Part shown: positions 9,183 to 17,013 of the stretch, one piece after another
How positions within the stretch are numbered: the stretch's first letter is position 1
How the letters are laid out: each line of letters opens with the position of its first letter
Source of the DNA: a virus
Taxonomy: Duplodnaviria > Caudoviricetes
IMG/VR virus record: IMGVR_UViG_3300042527_000210
Span: 1-32,969 of that record
DNA length: 32,969 nt
Direction: 5' to 3' (one strand)
Notes under the pieces: generated by a model
Seen by the model: the letters and a program-made list of their open reading frames with translations, nothing else
Databases searched by the model: none
What the model was told of the DNA's origin: nothing
Translations under genes and position numbers: made by a program

Positions 9183-9899
9183 ATGAAACGAAAGCGGCTC
9201 TACTTTGATTTGGAATCATCTCCAAATATTGGTTTGTTTTGGTCATCGGGATATAAACAAAACATAGATTATCAAAACATCATTAAAGAACGTTCTATCA
9301 TTTGTATTTGCTACAAGTGGGAAGATGAAAAACAAGTACATTCTTTAAGTTGGGATAAAAACCAATCCGACAAAAAACTTTTACAAGAGTTTATCAAAGT
9401 AGCTAACCAAGCCGATGAACTCGTAGGTCATAACGGAGACAAGTTCGACCTTCCTTGGGTGCGTACTCGGTGCTTGTATCATAGAATAGAATTATTCCCT
9501 AAATACGTAACGATAGACACCTTAAAGCTATCGCGTAGGCAGTTTCGTTTCAACTCTAATAGATTAGATTATATTGCTTCTTTCTTAGGAATAGGAAAGA
9601 AGATTAAGACCGATTTTAACCTTTGGAAAGATATCGTACTAAATAAGTGCGAGAAGTCAATGGCTAAGATGATTGACTATTGTAAGCAAGATGTTAAGCT
9701 ATTAGAACAGGTTCATAAAGAACTAAGGTTGCACGATACCCCTAAAACGCATTATGGGATTGTTTTAAGCAACGATAAGCGGCTTTGCCCTGAGTGTGCT
9801 TCTAATAATGTAATCATAAGTAAAACGAGAATAACCGCTGGGGGAACCAAGCAGATACAATACAAGTGTAACGATTGCGGTAAATACCATTCACGATGA
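9183..9899 (+). CDS. DnaQ/RNase H-like 3'-5' exonuclease with C-terminal zinc ribbon
   Basis: FDLE (ExoI), GHNGDKFD (ExoII), YCKQDV (ExoIII); CPEC...CNDC. Confidence 0.85.
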   Translation: MKRKRLYFDLESSPNIGLFWSSGYKQNIDYQNIIKERSIICICYKWEDEKQVHSLSWDKNQSDKKLLQEFIKVANQADELVGHNGDKFDLPWVRTRCLYHRIELFPKYVTIDTLKLSRRQFRFNSNRLDYIASFLGIGKKIKTDFNLWKDIVLNKCEKSMAKMIDYCKQDVKLLEQVHKELRLHDTPKTHYGIVLSNDKRLCPECASNNVIISKTRITAGGTKQIQYKCNDCGKYHSR

Positions 9900-10171
9900 G
9901 TAAGATATTAGCTAAAGTATTTGCAGAGTTTATTGAACGCGAGGAACGTGGTGTTAAGAAATACGGAACAACTATGGATAGGAAAGACCTATCTTTGGAT
10001 GAGTGGATTCAGCATTTGAAAGAAGAATTATTAGATGCAATTTTATATCTCGAAAAAATACAAACTATTTATGACGCACAAAGACCTTCCGATTATCAAA
10101 AAGCAAATTCAAGAAATGATGAAAGTGTTAACACCGATAGAGAAGTTGACTATCCTCGAGCCTCTTTGTGA
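9896..10171 (+). CDS. Small helical phage protein (possibly MazG/NTP-pyrophosphohydrolase-like)
   Basis: RGVKKYGTTMDR...HLKEELLDAILYL contains an EExxD pattern; function inferred. Confidence 0.5.
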   Translation: MSKILAKVFAEFIEREERGVKKYGTTMDRKDLSLDEWIQHLKEELLDAILYLEKIQTIYDAQRPSDYQKANSRNDESVNTDREVDYPRASL

Positions 10172-10265
10172 TAAATATCGAAAGCAATCGAGAGCCGAGG
10201 TGGAGAAGGATGTAATTGAATTTTCAAGAAGGAAGGGCATACCACGAATAAAAACTGATTACTAA
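10071..10265 (+). CDS. Hypothetical protein (64 aa from ATG 10071)
   Basis: TAATG coupling to the next gene; start uncertain (10035 or 10071). Confidence 0.55.
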   Translation: MTHKDLPIIKKQIQEMMKVLTPIEKLTILEPLCDKYRKQSRAEVEKDVIEFSRRKGIPRIKTDY

Positions 10266-10495
10266 TGGAAGAAGTTATTGAGCCGTTGAATATAACACCG
10301 CACGAAGATATCGCTGCGTGTACGAATGCTCTTAATGCTATTGGCGAGTATGATTATGCGATGTTAGATGAAGAAGAAAAGGAGTTAGTGATGATGATAC
10401 GTAAGATGGCTCTTTACATTATTCATATAGGAATCCAAGAAATTTATACTTCAAACTTTTATGGCGAAGAAGATACACCAAGTAGTTCATCGTAA
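10265..10495 (+). CDS. Hypothetical acidic protein
   Basis: Clean 76 aa ORF in operon. Confidence 0.7.
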   Translation: MEEVIEPLNITPHEDIAACTNALNAIGEYDYAMLDEEEKELVMMIRKMALYIIHIGIQEIYTSNFYGEEDTPSSSS

Positions 10496-10712
10496 GTTAG
10501 GCAAAGAACGTGCCTACGGCATCGCCTATACTGAAGATAATAAATTAGAGATTGATAGCCGCTTGCATGGTTATCGTTATATGCTTTATCTTTTGCACGA
10601 GCATTTTCATTTGAAGCATCCCGATTGGTCAGAAACTAAGGTCAGCAAAGAATCTTCTAAGACCGCACGATTCTTATGGCAGATGGGATTTAGGTTTGTT
10701 GAGTTGAAGTAG
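10461..10712 (+). CDS. Small HExxH (minimal zincin-like) protein
   Basis: LLHEHFH motif after a beta-strand IEIDSRL-like segment (LEIDSRL). Confidence 0.6.
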   Translation: MAKKIHQVVHRKLGKERAYGIAYTEDNKLEIDSRLHGYRYMLYLLHEHFHLKHPDWSETKVSKESSKTARFLWQMGFRFVELK

Positions 10713-10916
10713 TTATTTATTTCTACTTGTAATTGTTTTTTCAAAGTACATATGCCGCCATTCTTCCTTACCTACGAATAGGTTGTAGAAACTTTCTGGG
10801 TGTAAGAAAAACGTACTTGAACCTTTGGCGCAGGCTCTACATTCTTTATTGCGATAGCCTTTGAATACGGCATATTCCTCAATAGCTTTAATTTGCTTGC
10901 ATTTTTTACATTTCAT
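10713..10916 (-). CDS. Small zinc-finger protein
   Basis: CKKC...CRAC; last gene of the minus-strand operon. Confidence 0.65.
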   Translation of the reverse strand: MKCKKCKQIKAIEEYAVFKGYRNKECRACAKGSSTFFLHPESFYNLFVGKEEWRHMYFEKTITSRNK

Positions 10917-11224
10917 TTCCTAAGTATTGAATAAATGATTAGCATAAACTCAGCTAAATTCTTCTTGAACTTTTCATCTACTTGTTGCCTATTTGCCCAC
11001 TCGGTAAAATCCTTTCCAAGAGTTTTACATTCATCAAACGCACCGATGTATTTGTAAGTAAAGACAATCCAGTTACAAACCAACCTAATAGATAGATTCT
11101 TTTTATAGGTGCTAATAAATGCCTTAGGGTTACGTTCATAGGCTCTTGCATAAGTCAAACTTAATTCAACAAAAGAGTTGTTAGTAATCTCTTTGAATAC
11201 TTCGTATCGTTGACCTGCGTTCAT
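10913..11224 (-). CDS. Hypothetical protein
   Basis: ATGA-coupled on both sides. Confidence 0.7.
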   Translation of the reverse strand: MNAGQRYEVFKEITNNSFVELSLTYARAYERNPKAFISTYKKNLSIRLVCNWIVFTYKYIGAFDECKTLGKDFTEWANRQQVDEKFKKNLAEFMLIIYSILRK

Positions 11225-11757
11225 TGCTTAATAAAATAAATGTAAGTAAATCCTTTTGCTTTGCAACCTGTAAAGTATTCCTGTAATACTTTTTGTTTTG
11301 CGATAGTAATATCTGATGTGTAGTGATTCATATATGCGTTAAGTGGAATCTTGTTATCTACCATTAGCCTATCGTAAATATGCGGATGCATTTGGTTTGT
11401 GCTTACTCCATTCAAAAAAGCAGTATAGGCTTTGTTAACCTCTTTGTTCCAATCTTCGTGCTTTTCGGGATATCGGTTATCATAGATAGAAACATCAGCC
11501 GTTAGCAAGGGCGATTCGTAGTAGCTTCTTTCTGTTCCTTTTTTTGTGATGTGTTTCCTAATCCAATCTAATATTGTTTCGGGGTCGGCAGAATATACTT
11601 TACCATACTCTCCGGCGATGCCGTTTTCAAATATCTGCACGAGTTCGTTCAAGCCAATTTCGGGATATTTCTTTTTAATAAACTTGGTTACGAGTTGCTC
11701 GGTATCATCGCTAATCTTTTTGAATTGTCTTAGGTATTCAAAGGCTGGGTTATTCAT
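11221..11757 (-). CDS. Replication-associated protein (possible helicase loader/recruiter)
   Basis: Follows the initiator (lambda P position); FENGIAGEYGKVY motif; function inferred from position. Confidence 0.5.
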   Translation of the reverse strand: MNNPAFEYLRQFKKISDDTEQLVTKFIKKKYPEIGLNELVQIFENGIAGEYGKVYSADPETILDWIRKHITKKGTERSYYESPLLTADVSIYDNRYPEKHEDWNKEVNKAYTAFLNGVSTNQMHPHIYDRLMVDNKIPLNAYMNHYTSDITIAKQKVLQEYFTGCKAKGFTYIYFIKQ

Positions 11758-12374
11758 AGTTCACTAAATTTTTTATTTCCTAATATAGCTAATTTTTCGG
11801 CAATGCTTTCTTTTGGTGGTTCTATTTTTGTTCGTGCCATCCATCCCGATACTGCGTGCCGCCAAGATTTCATTCTGTTTTTACCAACGAACCATCCGTT
11901 GCTTTCGTAGTAATCATAGAATCTATTTGCTTGGTAGGTGGCATTCTTTTCATCCCACTTATTCATCATTTCAAGTTTGATATCTTCGATAGTGGGTTTA
12001 TTGAATCCTTTGGCTTGTACTTCTTTGGTGTCGTGTTCTATTTCATAGCGAGATAATAATTCTATAACCTTCTTATGAATAGGACTGGTAGGGTTTAATT
12101 GGTTTCCGTATTGAAATCGTACAAAGTCAATACAGAGAATCTTACCATCGGGTAAACATTGAAATTGTTTTCCGTTGTCTATATTGATAAGCATTTCTTC
12201 GCTTACTTTTTCTCCAATCACATAAGAGGCTAAGATAAAGTTCGGCTTCCAGATACCAGCTAAATCGCATTTATCGCGTACATATTTTACAAGGCATTTC
12301 TCGGTAGGTGTTAAACTCATGAACCATTCTTTCTCCCAAATATCGGTGTCAGTAAATCGTTTAGGCATTTTCAT
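11754..12374 (-). CDS. Replication initiator (replisome-organiser type)
   Basis: N-terminal KRFTDTDIWEKEWFMSL domain and C-terminal FNKPT...FYDYYESNGW...MKSWRHAVSGW domain. Confidence 0.75.
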   Translation of the reverse strand: MKMPKRFTDTDIWEKEWFMSLTPTEKCLVKYVRDKCDLAGIWKPNFILASYVIGEKVSEEMLINIDNGKQFQCLPDGKILCIDFVRFQYGNQLNPTSPIHKKVIELLSRYEIEHDTKEVQAKGFNKPTIEDIKLEMMNKWDEKNATYQANRFYDYYESNGWFVGKNRMKSWRHAVSGWMARTKIEPPKESIAEKLAILGNKKFSEL

Positions 12375-12801
12375 AGTATTTTATATTTTCTAAAAAAGAG
12401 GTTTCGGATTCGTAGCGCATAAAAGGAATGGCTTGCGTGCAGGCTCGCTTATATTCCGTTGATACACCAAGTTCCGTAGCCAAGTTATACAATCGCGAAT
12501 AGTAAGGCATAAAGTAACTATCGTTATTTTGTATGTACGAAGTTATTTGTTTTCGTTGCGAACTAAGTGTTGAGTGGTCGGCATACCCGACTAACGTAGC
12601 TACTTCTTTAATCCGTAAAGGGAAATGCATAAACAAAAAATATCCTAATGCCATTCGCATTGAAGCGATGTTAATATAATTGCCGTTCTTAATTAAAACC
12701 TTAAAAGGGTAGGCTGATTTTCGTTTTAAGTTCTTCGGTTGTATTCCGTAAAGGTCACAATACTTTTCTACTAACTCTTTTGCTTGATTTGGTGTGTTCA
12801 T
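12361..12801 (-). CDS. DnaA domain IV-like HTH DNA-binding protein
   Basis: RMALGYFL...IKEVATLVGYADHSTL resembles the DnaA C-terminal signature (GxxDHTTV). Confidence 0.65.
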   Translation of the reverse strand: MNTPNQAKELVEKYCDLYGIQPKNLKRKSAYPFKVLIKNGNYINIASMRMALGYFLFMHFPLRIKEVATLVGYADHSTLSSQRKQITSYIQNNDSYFMPYYSRLYNLATELGVSTEYKRACTQAIPFMRYESETSFLENIKYYENA

Positions 12802-13154
12802 TGTGTTATTAAATTTATTGGTATTAAAATTCCTTGCGAGGTATCTTCATCCCCACCTTTGGTCAATCCGTTTATTTGATGCATAACTCTGCAAATATCC
12901 CTCAACTTTTCCACATTAACAATTAAAGCATAATCTTTTTCTTCGATTTTGAATACCCAATAATTTGCTTTAGTGGTTGAGATGCCAGATGCCTTGCCTC
13001 GTGAATAAACCTCTACATATACGTTCCCTGTTATGTGCGCCATTCGGTCGGTCTTAACTTCTATCTTTTTACCATCCTTAAATAATTCGTTAAGCCAATC
13101 TTCGGTACGTTCGCCAAAGTCAAGGTCGTAATGAAAGCTATTAGAATGTTTCAT
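12798..13154 (-). CDS. PD-(D/E)xK nuclease-like protein
   Basis: IEVKTD...TGNVYVE...SGISTTKANYW pattern. Confidence 0.65.
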   Translation of the reverse strand: MKHSNSFHYDLDFGERTEDWLNELFKDGKKIEVKTDRMAHITGNVYVEVYSRGKASGISTTKANYWVFKIEEKDYALIVNVEKLRDICRVMHQINGLTKGGDEDTSQGILIPINLITQ

Positions 13155-13531
13155 TTGTAAGTTTGAATTATTAGTTCGAGTTCATCCCTGCTCCATTTTT
13201 TTAGCCTGTTATTATCTGCTTCGGCTTCTAATTCTTTTACAAAATCTTCGCCATAGCGATTGACTAAGCCTTGTCGATATTTGATTAGATTACCATGCAG
13301 GTACATATTGCACCGAATGCATTGCCCATTCGTATTGTGATACGCGAGTGTGTGAGGTAATCCGAATCTAAGTGAAGAATGATTGCCTTGCGAAAAATAA
13401 TGCCCTGCTTGCTCTACTTCTGCGCCACAAGAAATACAACCTAACTTTTTATCTCGTTCGCGAATATGAGCATTGTATATCGTTTGCGCTTTCTTAAGTA
13501 GTTTTGGGAGTGGGGTAAGTTTCTTTGCCAT
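13151..13531 (-). CDS. ninG: NinG/Rap-like recombination endonuclease
   Basis: IRERD...CISCG...AGHY...NGQCIRCN...GNLIKYRQGL signature. Confidence 0.85.
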   Translation of the reverse strand: MAKKLTPLPKLLKKAQTIYNAHIRERDKKLGCISCGAEVEQAGHYFSQGNHSSLRFGLPHTLAYHNTNGQCIRCNMYLHGNLIKYRQGLVNRYGEDFVKELEAEADNNRLKKWSRDELELIIQTYK

Positions 13532-13785
13532 TAGAACGGAAGGTCGTTAGCTGGTGTATTGTCGTGTGTGAAATTGCTTTTTGGTTCGGGTTTCCAAGTA
13601 TCAATCGTTATAGCGACATCCTTTCCGTATTGGTCAGGCTCAGGCTTTACGTTGATGTTTACTTTAATAAACTTGCTTCCGTTGTACTCTTGGATGTGTT
13701 CTTTAATCTTGTCGAGATTGATAGAGGCACTAATCCAGTTGTCGCTTCGCTTTTTTCCGCTTCCGCAGAAGATTTTCTTTTCCAT
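13531..13785 (-). CDS. SSB-like single-stranded DNA-binding protein
   Basis: Short beta-rich core, PDQYGKD motif, acidic DLPF tail, in recombination block. Confidence 0.6.
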   Translation of the reverse strand: MEKKIFCGSGKKRSDNWISASINLDKIKEHIQEYNGSKFIKVNINVKPEPDQYGKDVAITIDTWKPEPKSNFTHDNTPANDLPF

Positions 13786-13812
13786 TTGATTTTTGTTTTA
13801 AGTTAAAGAAAG

Positions 13813-13878
13813 AACTCGGTACAGGGTTCGAACCTGTGCGTTTTCAAAGAAAGGTGCTACCAATTACACCAACCGAGT
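13813..13878 (-). tRNA. tRNA-like element with shortened anticodon arm (possibly derived from tRNA-Gln TTG)
   Basis: Minus strand: ACTCGGT TG GTGT AATTGGTA GCAC C TTTCTTTGAAAACGC ACAGG TTCGAAC CCTGT ACCGAGT T. Perfect 7-bp acceptor, D arm and T arm; only 15 nt where 21-22 are expected; no encoded CCA. Confidence 0.75.
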
Positions 13879-13886
13879 TACCATTA

Positions 13887-14015
13887 CTAAACACCGAGTT
13901 TCTTACGGAACTCCAATGCTTTCTTACGGCTCGTGAAAGATTTGCTTACACGTTTGCCGTTTTTCTGAACTCGTACTCTGTACGAATTGCCGACTTTCTG
14001 AATGTTCGCTAACAT
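13887..14015 (-). CDS. Small basic AP2/integrase-DBD-like protein (42 aa; not in ORF track)
   Basis: MLANIQKVGNSYRVRVQKNGKRVSKSFTSRKKALEFRKKLGV; beta-beta-beta-alpha pattern; fills the gap exactly. Confidence 0.7.
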   Translation of the reverse strand: MLANIQKVGNSYRVRVQKNGKRVSKSFTSRKKALEFRKKLGV

Positions 14016-14031
14016 GGCTTTTATTTTGAGG

Positions 14032-14262
14032 TTAACAATCCATTATATCAAATATACTTATTTTATCAATCTCAAGCATGATTTCTTCTTCCGCTATTTC
14101 TTCGGGTGCATCGTGCCAAATGATTTCATAAGTAAAGTCGTAAGGCTCGCCATAAGGGTTTTCGGGTGTCGGCTTAATCTCTGGAAAGTAATACCATTTA
14201 AGGAAAACCATTATCGTATAGCCTTCGATTAAAATTGGGATATTGCTTTTGCCTTGTTTCAT
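14032..14262 (-). CDS. Hypothetical acidic protein
   Basis: ATGA-coupled ORF. Confidence 0.65.
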   Translation of the reverse strand: MKQGKSNIPILIEGYTIMVFLKWYYFPEIKPTPENPYGEPYDFTYEIIWHDAPEEIAEEEIMLEIDKISIFDIMDC

Positions 14263-14732
14263 TTTAAGTTAACACTTATTGTTGTTGTAGATGATTTGGC
14301 TGGTGGGTACAATGTAATTACTTCATCTTCGATTAAGGTTTCCAAGCCTTTACTGGGAATCCCTTTTAAGAACTTTTGCCGTTCTTTAATGCGTTCTTCG
14401 AGTTCGGCTTGCTGACCTAATAGGTCGTTCATTATTGGGTCATTACAAGCACCATAATCGTATTTAACACCCATCTCTTTAATCTCGAACTTGGCATTGT
14501 ATTGCTCAAAGGTTTTGCCGTGCTTATAGGCTTCATCTAAGGTTAGTTCCTTGTAATCCGGATTGCTGGTTATTTGCTTTATCAAATCTTCCAAGCATTT
14601 AACCTGTAAATGTAGTTTTAAGGGGTTTATTAAGCCTTCCTTTGCGTTATTTACGACAACTTGAGCAAACTCTTGCCTTTCTCCTTTTGAGGTCAATAAT
14701 AGGGTTAAATCGGTGTAGGTAGTAATGTTCAT
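14259..14732 (-). CDS. Hypothetical protein adjacent to ERF
   Basis: 157 aa coupled ORF with coiled-coil segment. Confidence 0.75.
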   Translation of the reverse strand: MNITTYTDLTLLLTSKGERQEFAQVVVNNAKEGLINPLKLHLQVKCLEDLIKQITSNPDYKELTLDEAYKHGKTFEQYNAKFEIKEMGVKYDYGACNDPIMNDLLGQQAELEERIKERQKFLKGIPSKGLETLIEDEVITLYPPAKSSTTTISVNLK

Positions 14733-15328
14733 TTTACTGCTTTTTTGAGGTGGTTAGTAATATCCTTTTGCGAAGGATTAACGATTTGGTCGAGTGGAGT
14801 TTTCCTATCTTCTAAGCGATTGGAAATTGCTTGGTAGGTTCGATAATCATTACAATCATCTATTGCCTTACTTGCCTTTTGTTTTTCTTCAACTGATAAA
14901 TCGGTGTTCCGTAGCATTGTGAATAAAAGCAACTTTTCCTCTTTGGTCGGTGTATCGTGGTTATTAGTAGCATCAGCATCCTTCGTATCATCGATTGCGA
15001 ACAATCCGTTAAGCGCATACTTACGAGCATAGGAACTTGCTGCGCCTGTTACTTGTGCCGCATCCATTCCTTTCTTGGTTTCTTCTTCTCTTGCGTAGGC
15101 GGTAGCTGAATACGTTTGCTCGCCATTTGAAAGAGTGGCGGTTGCCTTTACATAAACCCTTGTACCTATTAAAACGATTTCATCCATCAAGGTAAGGTAA
15201 TAGCCAAGCGGATTGATTACGAGTTTAACGGCTTCTACAATATCCTCGCAAGAACGATACTTATAGTTGCCAAATTTGTTTACTTGCCCTTTGGGTGCTT
15301 TTACAAGCGATTGAATCTTTGCTAACAT
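14729..15328 (-). CDS. erf: ERF-family single-strand annealing protein
   Basis: NKFGNYKYRSCEDI and GAASSYARKYALNGLFAIDD signatures. Confidence 0.92.
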   Translation of the reverse strand: MLAKIQSLVKAPKGQVNKFGNYKYRSCEDIVEAVKLVINPLGYYLTLMDEIVLIGTRVYVKATATLSNGEQTYSATAYAREEETKKGMDAAQVTGAASSYARKYALNGLFAIDDTKDADATNNHDTPTKEEKLLLFTMLRNTDLSVEEKQKASKAIDDCNDYRTYQAISNRLEDRKTPLDQIVNPSQKDITNHLKKAVK

Positions 15329-15354
15329 AGTTTTTATTTGTGGTGTTTAGAATT

Positions 15355-15394
15355 GGGGAGTGGCGACCATAACCCATTGAACCACTCCCCTTTT
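15355..15394 (+). terminator. Hairpin with T-tract on the antisense (+) strand of the early operon
   Basis: GGGGAGTGG-N18-CCACTCCCC followed by TTTT on +. Confidence 0.45.
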
Positions 15395-15419
15395 GCTAAT
15401 CCGTTGCATATTTAACTCC

Positions 15420-15509
15420 TTAACGGCATGGAGTATTCAGTAGCGAGTAAATGTATTTCATCCACTCGTTGAAATCTTTTGGGGGGTTAGGCGGGTATAC
15501 GGTTTTCAT
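15420..15509 (-). CDS. Small early peptide (29 aa; not in track)
   Basis: MKTVYPPNPPKDFNEWMKYIYSLLNTPCR; overlaps the end of the upstream gene. Confidence 0.55.
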   Translation of the reverse strand: MKTVYPPNPPKDFNEWMKYIYSLLNTPCR

Positions 15510-15717
15510 TGAATAAGGTTTTAACTTGTTTCATAGTGTAAGATTGACCTGCGAGAAATAATCCCATCGCTAACCATTCGGCTTTGATGGCATCGAACTC
15601 TAAAGTGATTTCGCCTGTTGTTGCATTTGCGCCTACGAACTCAACTTTGTAAAGTGAGGTCGGATTGTCTAATAAGTAATTGGCGGTTTCGGCTGAGAAG
15701 TTTAATTGGATTTTCAT
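15487..15717 (-). CDS. Hypothetical protein
   Basis: 76 aa ORF, ATGA-coupled to the upstream peptide. Confidence 0.7.
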   Translation of the reverse strand: MKIQLNFSAETANYLLDNPTSLYKVEFVGANATTGEITLEFDAIKAEWLAMGLFLAGQSYTMKQVKTLFNENRIPA

Positions 15718-15827
15718 TTTTCGGTGTTTTTATAGAATATACAAATAGTGGTGTAGATAACTAAAAATATCGGAATGCATACAAAAATGAAGTATGCTAC
15801 TTCGAATATAAACTTTAATACTTTCAT
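15714..15827 (-). CDS. Small membrane peptide (37 aa; not in track)
   Basis: MKVLKFIFEVAYFIFVCIPIFLVIYTTICIFYKNTEK; ATGA overlaps at both ends. Confidence 0.65.
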   Translation of the reverse strand: MKVLKFIFEVAYFIFVCIPIFLVIYTTICIFYKNTEK

Positions 15828-15907
15828 AAGCAAAATTTATCTTGAAGTAATCCGATGAGGTAAGCTACCAGAAAGAGGGCGATTAAGAGTTTGACTTGTG
15901 GTTTCAT
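15824..15907 (-). CDS. Small membrane peptide (27 aa; not in track)
   Basis: MKPQVKLLIALFLVAYLIGLLQDKFCL; A-rich leader; ATGA overlap downstream. Confidence 0.65.
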   Translation of the reverse strand: MKPQVKLLIALFLVAYLIGLLQDKFCL

Positions 15908-15952
15908 AGTGTTTAATTAAATGTGCGTTACCGAGCCGCACCCCTCGTTTTA

Positions 15953-16231
15953 TTATTTAGAAAAAACATATCCCTCAGGAAATCTTTTGCGGCATTCCGA
16001 CCCTACACCCATTACCCAAGCATCATTGTATTGTGTTTGGTCATTTGATGGGTATGCACAACCACCCCAAATTGAATTGATAAAATATTTTGGGTTTGTG
16101 ATGGATTTGCCACAACATGGGCAATGGTTTAGGCCTTTTTGATATGCCTTTTCCATATTTGATTCAAACAAATCGACATTTGAAATTTGTGGAATATCAA
16201 TAATGTTTGCTGGGGTTTGATTGTTGCTCAT
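15953..16231 (-). CDS. Hypothetical Cys-containing early protein
   Basis: First ORF of the early operon; CPCCGK...GSEC; strong A-rich leader. Confidence 0.7.
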   Translation of the reverse strand: MSNNQTPANIIDIPQISNVDLFESNMEKAYQKGLNHCPCCGKSITNPKYFINSIWGGCAYPSNDQTQYNDAWVMGVGSECRKRFPEGYVFSK

Positions 16232-16290
16232 TTTGTTTGTTTTTAGTGTTTAGTAATTGCGGTTTTGTTGCCGCTTTCGATATCAAATAT

Positions 16291-16298
16291 CAAACCTA
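16291..16298 (-). promoter_or_regulatory. Bacteroidota sigma-A-type -7 element (TAGGTTTG) for the early operon
   Basis: Exact TAnnTTTG on the minus strand about 60 nt before ATG 16231; no well-spaced -33 element found. Confidence 0.55.
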
Positions 16299-16392
16299 TT
16301 ATGCACATAAACAAATAATTTATTGACTTTTTTTTGCCAAATTCCTAACTTATTGATAATCAAATAGATAGTATATTGTAAATCAGCCATTT

Positions 16393-16486
16393 ATACCCTA
16401 TTAGATAGCTATTTGATAGGTATGGCATACCCTATTGGGTAGGCTATAAGAAGAAGAATAAGAAGAAGAATAAGTAAAATAAGAGG
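16393..16486. repeat. Iteron-like repeats plus purine-skewed tract (candidate replication origin)
   Basis: ATACCCTATT at 16393 and 16427; imperfect 24-bp palindrome 16397-16420; ATAAGAAGAAGA x2 plus ATAAG at 16446-16474. Confidence 0.5.
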
Positions 16487-16515
16487 TATAATATGTTAAT
16501 TTAGAATGCGTTTTT

Positions 16516-17013
16516 ATGAATAAACGTGAATCAATAATACAGGAAATGTACCTATCTACCGATATCAACGATGCTATCGGAAAGATGAATCCTATTGATT
16601 TGCAAGATGACTTACGGCAAGAAGTATTCTTAGTGCTTTGTGAAATGGATGAAGCCAAGTTATTTGAAATGTATGAACAAGGCTATCTCAAGTATTTTAT
16701 AGTTCGTACTATTCTCAATATGGCTAAGAGTGACCGAAGCAACTTTTACAAAAAGTTCAGACAAGTGTACCAAGAAATCCCTGTACACTACGAGATTCAA
16801 AAAGAAGAATACAACGAAGATTTAATTAACAAACTTGAAAAAGGATTAGGTGTTCTTCATTGGTACGAGCGAGAAATTTTTCGACTATATGCTAAAGATA
16901 AAAATCTTTTACAAGTATCACGTGAAACAAAAATACCTTATCGCTCGCTAATTAAAACTGTTAGAAAAACAAAGATATTATTGAAATACAAAATTAGAAA
17001 TTCTGAAATATAA
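16516..17013 (+). CDS. ECF-like RNA polymerase sigma factor (putative late transcription factor)
   Basis: Region 2-like QDDLRQEVFLVL and region 4-like LHWYEREIFRLY...QVSRETKIPYRSL HTH; 165 aa. Confidence 0.8.
   Translation: MNKRESIIQEMYLSTDINDAIGKMNPIDLQDDLRQEVFLVLCEMDEAKLFEMYEQGYLKYFIVRTILNMAKSDRSNFYKKFRQVYQEIPVHYEIQKEEYNEDLINKLEKGLGVLHWYEREIFRLYAKDKNLLQVSRETKIPYRSLIKTVRKTKILLKYKIRNSEI

Noticed and set aside
13786-13812. Theta ribozyme downstream of the tRNA-like element
   Set aside because: Only about 27 nt of A/T-rich leader before the next ATG; no pseudoknot possible.
13813-13878. tRNA fragment as attP site
   Set aside because: No integrase recognised, and both tRNA halves are present with an internal shortening rather than a 3-prime fragment.
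16401-16658. 85-aa minus-strand ORF with YSSSYSSSY
   Set aside because: Antisense to the sigma-like gene; low complexity comes from the ATAAGAAGAAGA repeat.
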